From: a virus | DNA length: 64,000 nt | Reading direction: 5' to 3' (one strand) | IMG/VR virus record: IMGVR_UViG_3300046820_000088 | Coordinates: 1-64,000 of that record | Shown here: one piece after another, positions 1 to 8,370 of the stretch | Layout of the letters: every line of letters begins with the position of its first letter | Numbering within the stretch: position 1 is the first letter of the stretch | Translations under genes and position numbers: made by a program | The notes under the pieces: model-generated | What the model was told of the DNA's origin: nothing | Database searches by the model: none | What the model saw: only the letters and a program-made list of their open reading frames with translations

Positions 1-321
1 CTGTTGTGCTGCTTGATCAGCAGGCGCTGCACTTTGCGCTGCTGGAGCCGTACCTTGTGTAGGAGCAGAAGCTGTTCCTGTCTTTGCTGCCGGTGCGGTC
101 GCTGCTGCCGGCTCCTCTTCGTCGCCTGCTGTTGCAACAGTTTTCTTACCTGCTGCAAACCCTTTCTTGAGTGCTGTGCCCATGCCTGCAATACCACCTG
201 CAACTGCTCCTGCACCTTTAGCAACTGCGCCAACACCTTTTCCAACGGCCGACCCTATTTTATTAAGTATAGGACCTTCTTGTATCTGCTCCGATTCTAC
301 AAGTATTTCGTTTAATCTCAT
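1..321 (-). CDS. Ala/Gly-rich putative head-internal/virion protein (N-terminal part, runs off the window)
   Basis: Not in the ORF track. The ATG at 321-319 overlaps the upstream stop (TAATG). Translation MRLNEILVESEQIQEGPILNKIGSAVGKGVGAVAKGAGAVAGG... stays open to position 1. Confidence 0.8.
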   Translation of the reverse strand, partial: MRLNEILVESEQIQEGPILNKIGSAVGKGVGAVAKGAGAVAGGIAGMGTALKKGFAAGKKTVATAGDEEEPAAATAPAAKTGTASAPTQGTAPAAQSAAPADQAAQQ

Positions 322-1973
322 TATGCTACTCCAATCTGTTTATTTAAGTATTTTAATAGCCTAATTTTTCTATCTGTAGGCAATGCAGATATCATTTTCT
401 TAATGGACTCAATATCAACAGGTGCAGCTTTATCCATGGTTGGTTCCTGCAGACCTGGTGCAGCAGGTATTTTTAAATCACCATAAACAGTATCAACTAT
501 TCCTTGATCTACACCCTGTTGTGTTAAAAATGCTTTGAGTTCTTCACTATCAGTCGGTGCGCCTGCTTTCTGCCAAGCAGAGTTTAATTTGTCAGCAGTA
601 ACTTTAGTTGTTAGGTTTTTACCTTTGGTTTGTAACCAGCTGGCAGCTTTTCCAGCAGCGCCTTTAATTGCATCTAATGGGCCTTCCGTTAGTTGCCCTT
701 CAGCTAATGCTGTGTCGTTTAGTCTGCAAACACGATTAAAGACTAGGTATACTTGTCCTTCACTTAGAGGTCTAGTAGTCCTTGCAATACTTTCACCTTG
801 CATACTTTTTAGTAATGCAGCAGCTTTTTCTTTGCTGATCATTGGTCTAGGATGCTCACCGCTGATAACTTTCTGAAGATAGTCTGCACTGTAACCAGAT
901 GCTGCGTTACCTGCGGCATTTGCAGCAGCACCTACAGCTTGTCCGCCATTTTGTGCTTGCCAGTCCAGAGCTTTAGCAGCATCTTCTGGATTTATTTTAA
1001 ATCTAACTCCGCTCTTTCCGCCAGCGTCAACTACACGTTGTAGATATTCTGGGTCCATGCCTGCACCGTAGGGCTGAGATGTAGCAACATCAGCTGCTTT
1101 AGATGCAACGGATGCTACAGCATTGTCGTCTGGTATTCCTGGCATGCCTGCTCGTTGAGCCAACATAGGATTCATCTTCATAGACTGTCCCAGACTAGCT
1201 TTGTCTAACTTCTCAAAATCAGTTTTAAAACTAGAAGGCGCTGCGTCGGGTGCATTGTTAGGACCTCTCATGCCCAAACGAAGTGATCCATCTGGATCGT
1301 TTGGGTCAATGCCCTGTGCTCTCATCTGCTTAACATAATCAGAATCACCGGAGGCAGTTGGAGTAGCTTCGGGTTTGCCTTTGATCATGTCGCCAATCTT
1401 ACTAGCGCCATAGGCCATAGCGCCGGTCTTTGCGCCTGAATAGGCAGCGGAGCTAAATTTTTCACCCTGTAATAGTTTGTCTGTCATTTTTAACAGACCT
1501 AAAACTGCTGCACCACCTAGCCCTGCACCGCTGATACCAGCAGCAGCAATCAATGCTGAATAGATTATACCTTGTGCAATAGGATGTTCTTTGGCAAACT
1601 TACGATATTTTTGAATTACTTGGTTAACTGCATTGTCAGGGCCGCCTAGACCCTTTTCAATCTTAGCAACAGCACTGTCGTATGCGCTGTCTACATTTTT
1701 TACAGGACCAGAGTCCTGTACTTTTGTCTTTAGATCTTCCCAGGCTTTATTTACAGCTTCGGCAGCATCTTTGCCCTTGCCTATCAATGTACGATTACCG
1801 CCTGCTGCGGTAGCACCCTGCTCTACATTCTGAAATATCTGTTGTATTTGATCAGCTGTTAGTGCCGCTTCCTTTAATTTAAAGCCAGCACTTTCCCATA
1901 GCATCATGGTATTGCTTTCTATACGATTTAGATCTTCATAGAGATAGTTGTTTTGAATATTTGTTAGACGCAT
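321..1973 (-). CDS. Ala/Gly-rich putative virion internal (ejection-type) protein, 550 aa
   Basis: Long ORF with a TAAATA box upstream (1999-2004), L-x-E motifs (LYE, LSEG, LTEG) and one hydrophobic segment (IAQGIIYSALIAAAGISGAGLGGAAVLGLL). Function is inferred. Confidence 0.55.
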   Translation of the reverse strand: MRLTNIQNNYLYEDLNRIESNTMMLWESAGFKLKEAALTADQIQQIFQNVEQGATAAGGNRTLIGKGKDAAEAVNKAWEDLKTKVQDSGPVKNVDSAYDSAVAKIEKGLGGPDNAVNQVIQKYRKFAKEHPIAQGIIYSALIAAAGISGAGLGGAAVLGLLKMTDKLLQGEKFSSAAYSGAKTGAMAYGASKIGDMIKGKPEATPTASGDSDYVKQMRAQGIDPNDPDGSLRLGMRGPNNAPDAAPSSFKTDFEKLDKASLGQSMKMNPMLAQRAGMPGIPDDNAVASVASKAADVATSQPYGAGMDPEYLQRVVDAGGKSGVRFKINPEDAAKALDWQAQNGGQAVGAAANAAGNAASGYSADYLQKVISGEHPRPMISKEKAAALLKSMQGESIARTTRPLSEGQVYLVFNRVCRLNDTALAEGQLTEGPLDAIKGAAGKAASWLQTKGKNLTTKVTADKLNSAWQKAGAPTDSEELKAFLTQQGVDQGIVDTVYGDLKIPAAPGLQEPTMDKAAPVDIESIKKMISALPTDRKIRLLKYLNKQIGVA

Positions 1974-2008
1974 TCTAGGACTCAGCAGTATATTAGTTTA
2001 TTTATTTG

Positions 2009-2030
2009 AAAAAAGAGCTAAAGCTCTTTT
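2009..2030 (-). terminator. Intrinsic terminator-like hairpin
   Basis: Perfect inverted repeat AAAAGAGC-TAAA-GCTCTTTT (2011-2030). On the minus strand the GAGC/GCTC stem is followed by T6. Confidence 0.55.
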
Positions 2031-2475
2031 GCGTTATCGCTTGCGCTCAACGCATTTTTCTTTTTTTAACACTGACTTATATAGTTAACTGCGAAGCAGT
2101 TTTTAATATTATCTAGATTGTTCAGTCACACTTTGCCCTTGCGGGCAAAAAATGAACATTATCTGAGTTGAACATGATCACTTAACGTTACAGCATTACC
2201 AAGGCGGTCGTCCGGTACCTTTAGCTGCGTCTTTATACGACGGCGGGTCTATACACATACGTTAACATATGTATAGCCGTGGGTTTTTCTCCCTCTTTTA
2301 GCCTTTTAAAATATTTTCAAACAGCAAAACCAGTTGTATGAAGGCATATCTGATCGTGGTCCTGTTAAGGATACTTGCTGAGTACTCTTTGCGGCGAGAG
2401 ATTTCTGTCCGGGCGTAGTTAAACCCCTTGTCCTAGGCGTCCGATATTTGCTAACGCTTGCTTTACTACCGCTGA
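2031..2475 (-). ncRNA. Candidate large structured non-coding RNA (family not recognised)
   Basis: The only long gene-free stretch in the window. It has many stems, e.g. 2087-2101, 2119-2158 (GCAA tetraloop on the minus strand) and 2249-2276 (G-U pairs on the minus strand). Confidence 0.5.
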
Positions 2476-2919
2476 TTACTTGCCTGTGGGTTTTGATTTT
2501 TTGAGGATGTGTGAGCCGTGAACTCGAACCTGTATATGACCGTTGTACCAATCATTAGATTCTAGAACTTTATGTTTGAATTGTTCTCTTGCCTCGATGT
2601 AGCTGCATTCAGATTTAGTTGTGCAGTAAAATAGAATTTCTCTGGTGAAGTTTTCTTTGCCTAGTGCCTGTATGTCTGCTGTTAGCGCATCGCTAGAACC
2701 GTAATAGTCCTTCCAATCGCTTTCAATTTTGCCTCTGATTTTCTTCTTTTTCTTTTTGCCGTTTTTAAGTGTAACTGTTTTGTATGTGGTTTTTGCGAAC
2801 TTTGCTAGTTTTTTGCCTATATACTTACGTCCAGAGATGACATTGGTAATAATGTAGACGAATCCGATGTATTCGTCAGAAATCTCAGTAACTTCTTTCT
2901 TTTTATAGTACCATGTCAT
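2476..2919 (-). CDS. GIY-YIG (Seg-like) endonuclease, catalytic domain only
   Basis: GFVYIITN..SGRKYIGKK, DYYGSS, FTREIL, catalytic E (YIEARE) and YN motifs. No C-terminal DNA-binding module. Confidence 0.8.
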   Translation of the reverse strand: MTWYYKKKEVTEISDEYIGFVYIITNVISGRKYIGKKLAKFAKTTYKTVTLKNGKKKKKKIRGKIESDWKDYYGSSDALTADIQALGKENFTREILFYCTTKSECSYIEAREQFKHKVLESNDWYNGHIQVRVHGSHILKKSKPTGK

Positions 2920-3149
2920 CCCTTATGTATCTTAGGGGGTCTGCCTACCATGCCTTTTCTGGACTGTTTGCGTTTGTGCCTTTTATCTTGTATTTCTACT
3001 CGCCTAATACTTGCCTCGTTTCTTATTTCTGATAACCAATATCGTGCCTTTATGCCTGCTTCGTCAAAGCCTTTATATTCAAAACGATCCTGCCACTTGA
3101 AGTATTCTTGGAACGCTTTGATTAATCGGTCGTGTGCATCAGTGCTCAT
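2916..3149 (-). CDS. Small basic protein, possibly Hc1/histone-H1-like DNA-binding
   Basis: KG..EAGIKAR..L.E motif recalls the GNKAAGTRARK motif of bacterial Hc1-like proteins; basic C-terminal tail; ATGA overlaps with neighbours. Confidence 0.4.
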   Translation of the reverse strand: MSTDAHDRLIKAFQEYFKWQDRFEYKGFDEAGIKARYWLSEIRNEASIRRVEIQDKRHKRKQSRKGMVGRPPKIHKG

Positions 3150-4924
3150 TGTACAATTTCTACGTCATTACTGTAACTTGTAAATCCGTTTTCTTTGATA
3201 ACCTTTAAAACATGGTTAACTCTACTGGTAAGATCGTCGCGATGGGAGATTAAGAACACATTTTTATTACGTTCTCTAGTCATTTTCTTAAGAACTGCAA
3301 TGCTGCTTTCTACACCGCTAGCATCCATCCCAGAGTCTACTAACTCATCGATAAACAGTAGATTTATACTGTGATATAGGTTTTCCCAAACATCACGGAA
3401 CGCCCAACTTAGACTTAAAATGAGTCTATTTCGCTCACCTCTGCTGAGATTATCGAAGTCTAAGTCCTGTCCTAACTGTGTAATAATGACCGATAAATCG
3501 TTCTGAAATTCTACAATATGCGGTAATCCGATCTTGTCAAGATAATAGGTCAACCGTTGATTTAAGAACGCTAGGTTCTGATCAATGATCCTTTTACGTA
3601 TAAAAGAGTCTTTATTAGTTAATAACTTATATAGGAATTCTTGGTGATCTTTAAGAGTTGTAAGTTCGTTAATAACAGTCCAATCGATATTTTGAACAGC
3701 AGTCTTTTGTAAATCGGATATTTGATCTTCATACGGGTTAATATCGGCATGTTTAGTCAACAGTTCTTTTTCTAAACTGCTAACAGTATTTTTATGATCT
3801 AGGGCTTCTTCTAGATTGTTGTAATGAATACTGGGACAGCTACCTAGTTCTCCTAGCTCTGTAAGCGTTTGTAGGTGCTCAAAACGCTGCGTGTCGTTCG
3901 CAAGCAACTGCAATGCTGTCTCTTGAAGATTTTTTTGTTTTTGCTGTTTAATTTCGTCTTGTTTAGAATCATGGATATCCTGCCCACAAGCATAGCACTT
4001 GTGATCTTCTAGCGATTCAATATCACGACGTAGTTGTTCTAAGGTTTTATTCAGCTTTTGATCATCTAACTCAATAGAACGAATCCATTTATTGGTTTCG
4101 TCGATCAGTTTTCTTTTGGCATTATATACTTCTAAATCTCGATGTGCTTGTATTTCAGCATCGATATCAATATGACTTAGATAATCTATACTTTTAAGTA
4201 GATCTTCTATCGACTTTTCTTTAGAATCGTCCCAGATTTTCTTTTTTCTTTCAAGTGAATCGATACTTTCTTGAATCTTTTGATTACTGATCTTAACAGT
4301 TTCGATTCGAGTGTTTTCAGTATTGATTGCATCTTTAGTTATTTTGATTTGATCTTTAAGAGCATCTGCTTTCTCAGATAACTGTGTTATTCCTAATAAC
4401 TGCTCAATAATGCTCCGCTGATCAGCTGCCTTCATTGACAAGAACGGCTCGGTATATGTGTTGAGGGCCACCAGATGTTTGAACATTTCATGACTCATAC
4501 TGAACAACTCTTCGATAGATTTTTGAGTTTCTCTACTATCACCTTGACTTTCGTCTTTGTCCTCAGCTTCAACTTCGTGCCCGTTTACACTAAACTTTAA
4601 AAGATTAGGCTTACGCCCTCTTTCAATATGATATTCAACACCGTCTTTTTCGCAGGTAATGGTTACTAACATGCCTTTACCGTTGATCTTGTTGATTAGA
4701 TTATCTTTTTTGATATTGGTAAGTGCTTGCCCATAGATAGCATAACTAAGACCGTTAATGATAGTAGTTTTTCCAGTACCATTACGAGCACCACTGTCGT
4801 CCCCGCCTAGATCTAAGTTTTCACCTAACACTAGTGTTAGTTGACCTTTGTCAAAGTCTATAGCCTGGGTTTGATTACCCACACTCATAAAGTTTCTTAC
4901 TGTTAGATTTTTTATCTTAATCAT
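3146..4924 (-). CDS. 46: Recombination endonuclease ATPase subunit (T4 gp46/Rad50/SbcC-like)
   Basis: Walker A NGTGKTT, zinc hook CYAC in a coiled coil, signature LSRGE, Walker B LLFIDE, H-loop ISH. Confidence 0.93.
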   Translation of the reverse strand: MIKIKNLTVRNFMSVGNQTQAIDFDKGQLTLVLGENLDLGGDDSGARNGTGKTTIINGLSYAIYGQALTNIKKDNLINKINGKGMLVTITCEKDGVEYHIERGRKPNLLKFSVNGHEVEAEDKDESQGDSRETQKSIEELFSMSHEMFKHLVALNTYTEPFLSMKAADQRSIIEQLLGITQLSEKADALKDQIKITKDAINTENTRIETVKISNQKIQESIDSLERKKKIWDDSKEKSIEDLLKSIDYLSHIDIDAEIQAHRDLEVYNAKRKLIDETNKWIRSIELDDQKLNKTLEQLRRDIESLEDHKCYACGQDIHDSKQDEIKQQKQKNLQETALQLLANDTQRFEHLQTLTELGELGSCPSIHYNNLEEALDHKNTVSSLEKELLTKHADINPYEDQISDLQKTAVQNIDWTVINELTTLKDHQEFLYKLLTNKDSFIRKRIIDQNLAFLNQRLTYYLDKIGLPHIVEFQNDLSVIITQLGQDLDFDNLSRGERNRLILSLSWAFRDVWENLYHSINLLFIDELVDSGMDASGVESSIAVLKKMTRERNKNVFLISHRDDLTSRVNHVLKVIKENGFTSYSNDVEIVQ

Positions 4925-4976
4925 AGTTTTTTCGGATCAACTTTTATTTTATATTCTTTGCTGGCAAACGTAAACT

Positions 4977-5987
4977 TCATAGGTCCTTGTAGATATCTAA
5001 CAATAGACCCTTGTTATAGCTGTCGCTTTCGATAGCATCGATCTGATTCATTACAATAGTGTCAACACTTTCGAAGGTAATATCTACGGGTGTAGTTGCA
5101 CTATCTACTTCTACTTTTTCTGGGATCAACATAAGCTCGCGTAACTTATACTGCGGCATAAATGTTTCTTTGATAAAGTTAGCTTCTTCAAAACTGATAG
5201 GCAAGTCAATAGTTACACGACAGTGCATCTTTTCACGCAACAGTTTTTCAGGAGTATCGATGATTTGACTTAGCTTATAGGTTCTAAAAGTAGGTTGATC
5301 GGGCCATGCTTTAAACTCGGGCTTGCCTCCCCACTCTAGAATCATCATTCCTCGTTCGTCGTCGCCGGAGTCTGCGTAGTTGTGCGGGAAAGCATTTCCA
5401 ATGTACCAAATGTTTTGTGCATTTTGACGTTTATGGAAATGGCCGGTAAAAACGTATTCCTGATTTACAAAGTGACTGCTCTGTACTTGCCCATGATCAG
5501 GCATCTGTACCATAGCGTTCATGTAGAAGCTAGGCAACTCTAAGTGACCGAACAGATACCTACTTTGAATACTTGGAATCTTTTTCCACTCGTCTGCAAT
5601 CAACCAAGGCATGATAGTTACATCGTCTTGCGTTAATGTTTCGTTAACAACGTGAATGTTAGGAAACAGTCTTGCAAACTCTAGACTGTGAATCTCTCTT
5701 TTATCTTTGTAGAACTCATCATGATTGCCCATGATGAGATACACTTTTTCAAAAGAGTTGTTTAACTTTTCTAAATTACTGACGGTATAGTTCATAGTGC
5801 TAACGTCAGTGGTATTGCGATTGTGATGCCAATCGCCTAGGAAGATTGCAGTTTCACAACCTTCCTTTTGTGCAGTATCACAGAACCAGTTTACGAAATC
5901 TTCGCAGTCCTGGTTGTGTGTACGACTACCTGATTTAAGACCAAAGTGTATATCAGTAAAACACGCTACTTTCTTGAATAGTGACAT
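4977..5987 (-). CDS. 47: Recombination endonuclease nuclease subunit (T4 gp47/Mre11/SbcD-like)
   Basis: Metallophosphoesterase motifs DIHFG, GDWHH, GNHD, GHFH; adjacent to gp46. Confidence 0.93.
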   Translation of the reverse strand: MSLFKKVACFTDIHFGLKSGSRTHNQDCEDFVNWFCDTAQKEGCETAIFLGDWHHNRNTTDVSTMNYTVSNLEKLNNSFEKVYLIMGNHDEFYKDKREIHSLEFARLFPNIHVVNETLTQDDVTIMPWLIADEWKKIPSIQSRYLFGHLELPSFYMNAMVQMPDHGQVQSSHFVNQEYVFTGHFHKRQNAQNIWYIGNAFPHNYADSGDDERGMMILEWGGKPEFKAWPDQPTFRTYKLSQIIDTPEKLLREKMHCRVTIDLPISFEEANFIKETFMPQYKLRELMLIPEKVEVDSATTPVDITFESVDTIVMNQIDAIESDSYNKGLLLDIYKDL

Positions 5988-6028
5988 AGAATCTCCTTTA
6001 ATAGTTTACTAGAATGTAACTACTAAAA

Positions 6029-6883
6029 TCAATCCCAATCACCACCTCCTTCGCTCATTCCGCCACCTCCTCCACTATAGGTATTTCCCGTAGAGTTTTG
6101 GCGAGTCCAAGAAGGATTCATTCCATTCATTTCTAAAATATCGTCTCTAATGTTTTGATTACGCTTCTCAATGTTGATAATTCTAACGAATGAATTAGTG
6201 ACAGCAGCAGTATAGTAAGCGAAAGGATTATCAGATTTGCTTTCATCGAATTGAAGTCCTATTTGAGTTAACTGAAGAATAGCCTGCCCACGCATTTCGT
6301 CGTTATAAGTATAGCCACGAACGTTGCCTCTAGTTGCATATCGTTCGCATAGCTTAATGAACATGCGAGCCAGATTGTTTGTCATGGTGCCGTGTTCTTT
6401 ATTAAACGAACCAGTCTGTAGATCTCCCTTCCAATGGCTTTTACCTACTAGAACTAGGTTGTCGTTCTCGTCAAACTTCCAGTGTTGGAATGGAGGAAAG
6501 TTTACTTTTTCGTGGCTGTCTGCTGTGTTCTTAAGAGTCTTTTTACGACCGGGTGCTAACGGCACATGCTCAAAAGTCATTACTCTAAATACCAAATCAG
6601 TTTTTTGGATTTTTTTATAATCGATTTCGTAGTCTTTAGCTGCGGCCTTTTTAACTGTTAACTGCGCTGTTTGATATGCAAGTTTTGATAGTTTGGCAGC
6701 TTTATTTCGTTTGGCTTCTGCAATAGTTCGTATGTTTAGCTTTTCTAAGCTAGGCACAATCAAGTCATAATCTGAATATTCCGGACTTGTAAACGAGCAG
6801 TATGTATTTTTGCTAAGATGTATTTCTCTGAGTAGGTCCTTGTTTGTAAGGTATTTTACCTTAGGTGGTTGTGTTATTGTCAT
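6029..6883 (-). CDS. 55: Late-transcription sigma factor (T4 gp55-like)
   Basis: YLTNKDLL N-terminus; GYTYNDEM...FDESKSDNPFAYYT...NSFVRII..EK matches the gp55 core; gp55-47-46 synteny as in T4. Confidence 0.85.
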   Translation of the reverse strand: MTITQPPKVKYLTNKDLLREIHLSKNTYCSFTSPEYSDYDLIVPSLEKLNIRTIAEAKRNKAAKLSKLAYQTAQLTVKKAAAKDYEIDYKKIQKTDLVFRVMTFEHVPLAPGRKKTLKNTADSHEKVNFPPFQHWKFDENDNLVLVGKSHWKGDLQTGSFNKEHGTMTNNLARMFIKLCERYATRGNVRGYTYNDEMRGQAILQLTQIGLQFDESKSDNPFAYYTAAVTNSFVRIINIEKRNQNIRDDILEMNGMNPSWTRQNSTGNTYSGGGGGMSEGGGDWD

Positions 6884-6931
6884 AGATTAGATTTTCCCCA
6901 ATGCTTTAATAATAGCACATTTTGTCAAGAA

Positions 6932-6937
6932 TAAATA
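6932..6937 (+). promoter_or_regulatory. Late promoter box TAAATA for the baseplate/tail operon
   Basis: ATAAATA lies about 25 nt before the ATG at 6962, followed by GGAG. The same hexamer recurs before other structural genes. Confidence 0.65.
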
Positions 6938-6961
6938 GACTAAACGGAGATATATTTAGTT

Positions 6962-8068
6962 ATGACATTACCAATCAATCCATTAGCAAAACTGATTTCT
7001 AATGTGTCGGAAACAGTTTCTCAAGCCTCTAATGAAGCAAATGGTGCATTCCAGTCTGGATTGAATAGTTTATCAAAGCTAAATCTAGATGCTTCTGTTA
7101 ATAGATTATCAGGTGGCATCGGCAGCGGCCTAAATGGTATTACAGCAGGGCTTGGAGATTTATCAAATAAAGCAGGCACTGCATTAAAAGGTATAGGCAC
7201 TTCGGTACAGAGTAGTTTACCTGGTGGTGTAGGCAACGCTATATCTGGTTTGCAAGGATCTGTTGGATCGATCGCAAACGTAACAGCGGATATTTCCGGA
7301 AGCCTAAACAAACTTGCAGGTGGAAATCTAGCAGGTGGCCTAATGCAAGCCGCAGGCGCTATTTCAAAAGCAGCAGGTACTATTAACAACTTGTTGAGTC
7401 TAAAAAGAGGCGCTAACTTGCCTGCTGGAGCAGAGCTTTTTCAACAATCTGGTAGAGTGATCAAACTACAACCTGGCACCAAGAATGATTGGAGAATACG
7501 ATTAAATGCAGAATGGAGCGTCTTTAACAGTCCTTTATTTTCTCTATTGGAAAATACAGGAGGCATGGTATTTCCTTATCTTCCTAGTATTACAGTTAGT
7601 ACTAAAGCAAACTATACTTCTGTAGAAACCATACATAATAACTATCCGTTCATGGCATACAAAAACAGTGCTGTTGACGATATTACTATTACAGGGGAGT
7701 TCAGTCAGGAAACAGAGACTGATGCCGCTTATTGGATTGCTGCAACTACATTCTTAAAGACAGCAACAAAAATGTTTTATGGCCAAGGATCCAATGCAGG
7801 TAATCCTCCAATCATTTGCAATCTTTCCGGTTATGGCGGCAGTGTGTTTAATCATGTTCCGGTTGTGGTAAAAAGTTTTTCTGTAGATTTAAAAGAAGAT
7901 GTAAACTACATCAACTGCAATACGTTTGGTACCAATACCTGGGTCCCTGTACTGAGCACAATCACTGTTGTATTAACTCCAGTATATAACCGTGAAAGAA
8001 TTAGAAAGTTTAGTCTAGAAGATTATTCTAGAGGAAAAATAACAGGTAACAGTGTAGGATTCTTATAA
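6962..8068 (+). CDS. Baseplate/tail-tube initiator-type protein (gp48/gp54-like) with Gly/Ala-rich N-terminus
   Basis: First gene of the tail operon. The C-terminal half has FPYLPSI...GNPPII.LSGYG..VF.HVPVVVKSF, typical of tube-fold baseplate proteins. Confidence 0.55.
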   Translation: MTLPINPLAKLISNVSETVSQASNEANGAFQSGLNSLSKLNLDASVNRLSGGIGSGLNGITAGLGDLSNKAGTALKGIGTSVQSSLPGGVGNAISGLQGSVGSIANVTADISGSLNKLAGGNLAGGLMQAAGAISKAAGTINNLLSLKRGANLPAGAELFQQSGRVIKLQPGTKNDWRIRLNAEWSVFNSPLFSLLENTGGMVFPYLPSITVSTKANYTSVETIHNNYPFMAYKNSAVDDITITGEFSQETETDAAYWIAATTFLKTATKMFYGQGSNAGNPPIICNLSGYGGSVFNHVPVVVKSFSVDLKEDVNYINCNTFGTNTWVPVLSTITVVLTPVYNRERIRKFSLEDYSRGKITGNSVGFL

Positions 8069-8367
8069 TGGCTGAATATTCAAGATCTTCTCCTTGGGCT
8101 AATACCAATCAAAATAACTTTTATCTAGAGTTATTAACTATTAGACCAGTTCCTGCAGAAGCAGATGATTACAAGTATGTGATAGAAAATCAATATAAAC
8201 ATAGACCGGATTTGCTGGCCTACGATCTATATGAAAATGCAAAACTGTGGTGGATTTTTGTTCAAAGAAATATGAACGTTCTTAAAGATCCTATATATGA
8301 TTTTGTTCCGGGTACTGTAATATATTGTCCTAAAAAAACTAATATAGAAAAATATTTAGGAGTTTAA
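8068..8367 (+). CDS. Baseplate wedge protein, gp53/LysM-like
   Basis: HRPDLLAYDLY..AKLWWIF..RN...DPIYDF.PG.VIY.P motif. Confidence 0.75.
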   Translation: MAEYSRSSPWANTNQNNFYLELLTIRPVPAEADDYKYVIENQYKHRPDLLAYDLYENAKLWWIFVQRNMNVLKDPIYDFVPGTVIYCPKKTNIEKYLGV

Positions 8368-8370
8368 TCA

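Noticed and set aside
4-364. Plus-strand ORFs 4..315 (Cys-rich) and 167..364
   Set aside because: They are antisense shadows of Ala-rich (GCA) minus-strand genes. The real CDS is 321 to <1 on the minus strand, so this is not a Cys-rich radical-SAM substrate peptide.
2306-2551. 81-aa minus-strand ORF in the non-coding element
   Set aside because: It overlaps the GIY-YIG gene out of frame, has no clear RBS and runs through the stem-rich region.
2476-2919. Intron-encoded homing endonuclease or group I intron
   Set aside because: No interrupted host gene flanks it and I could not identify the group I P7 core; kept only as an unclassified structured element.
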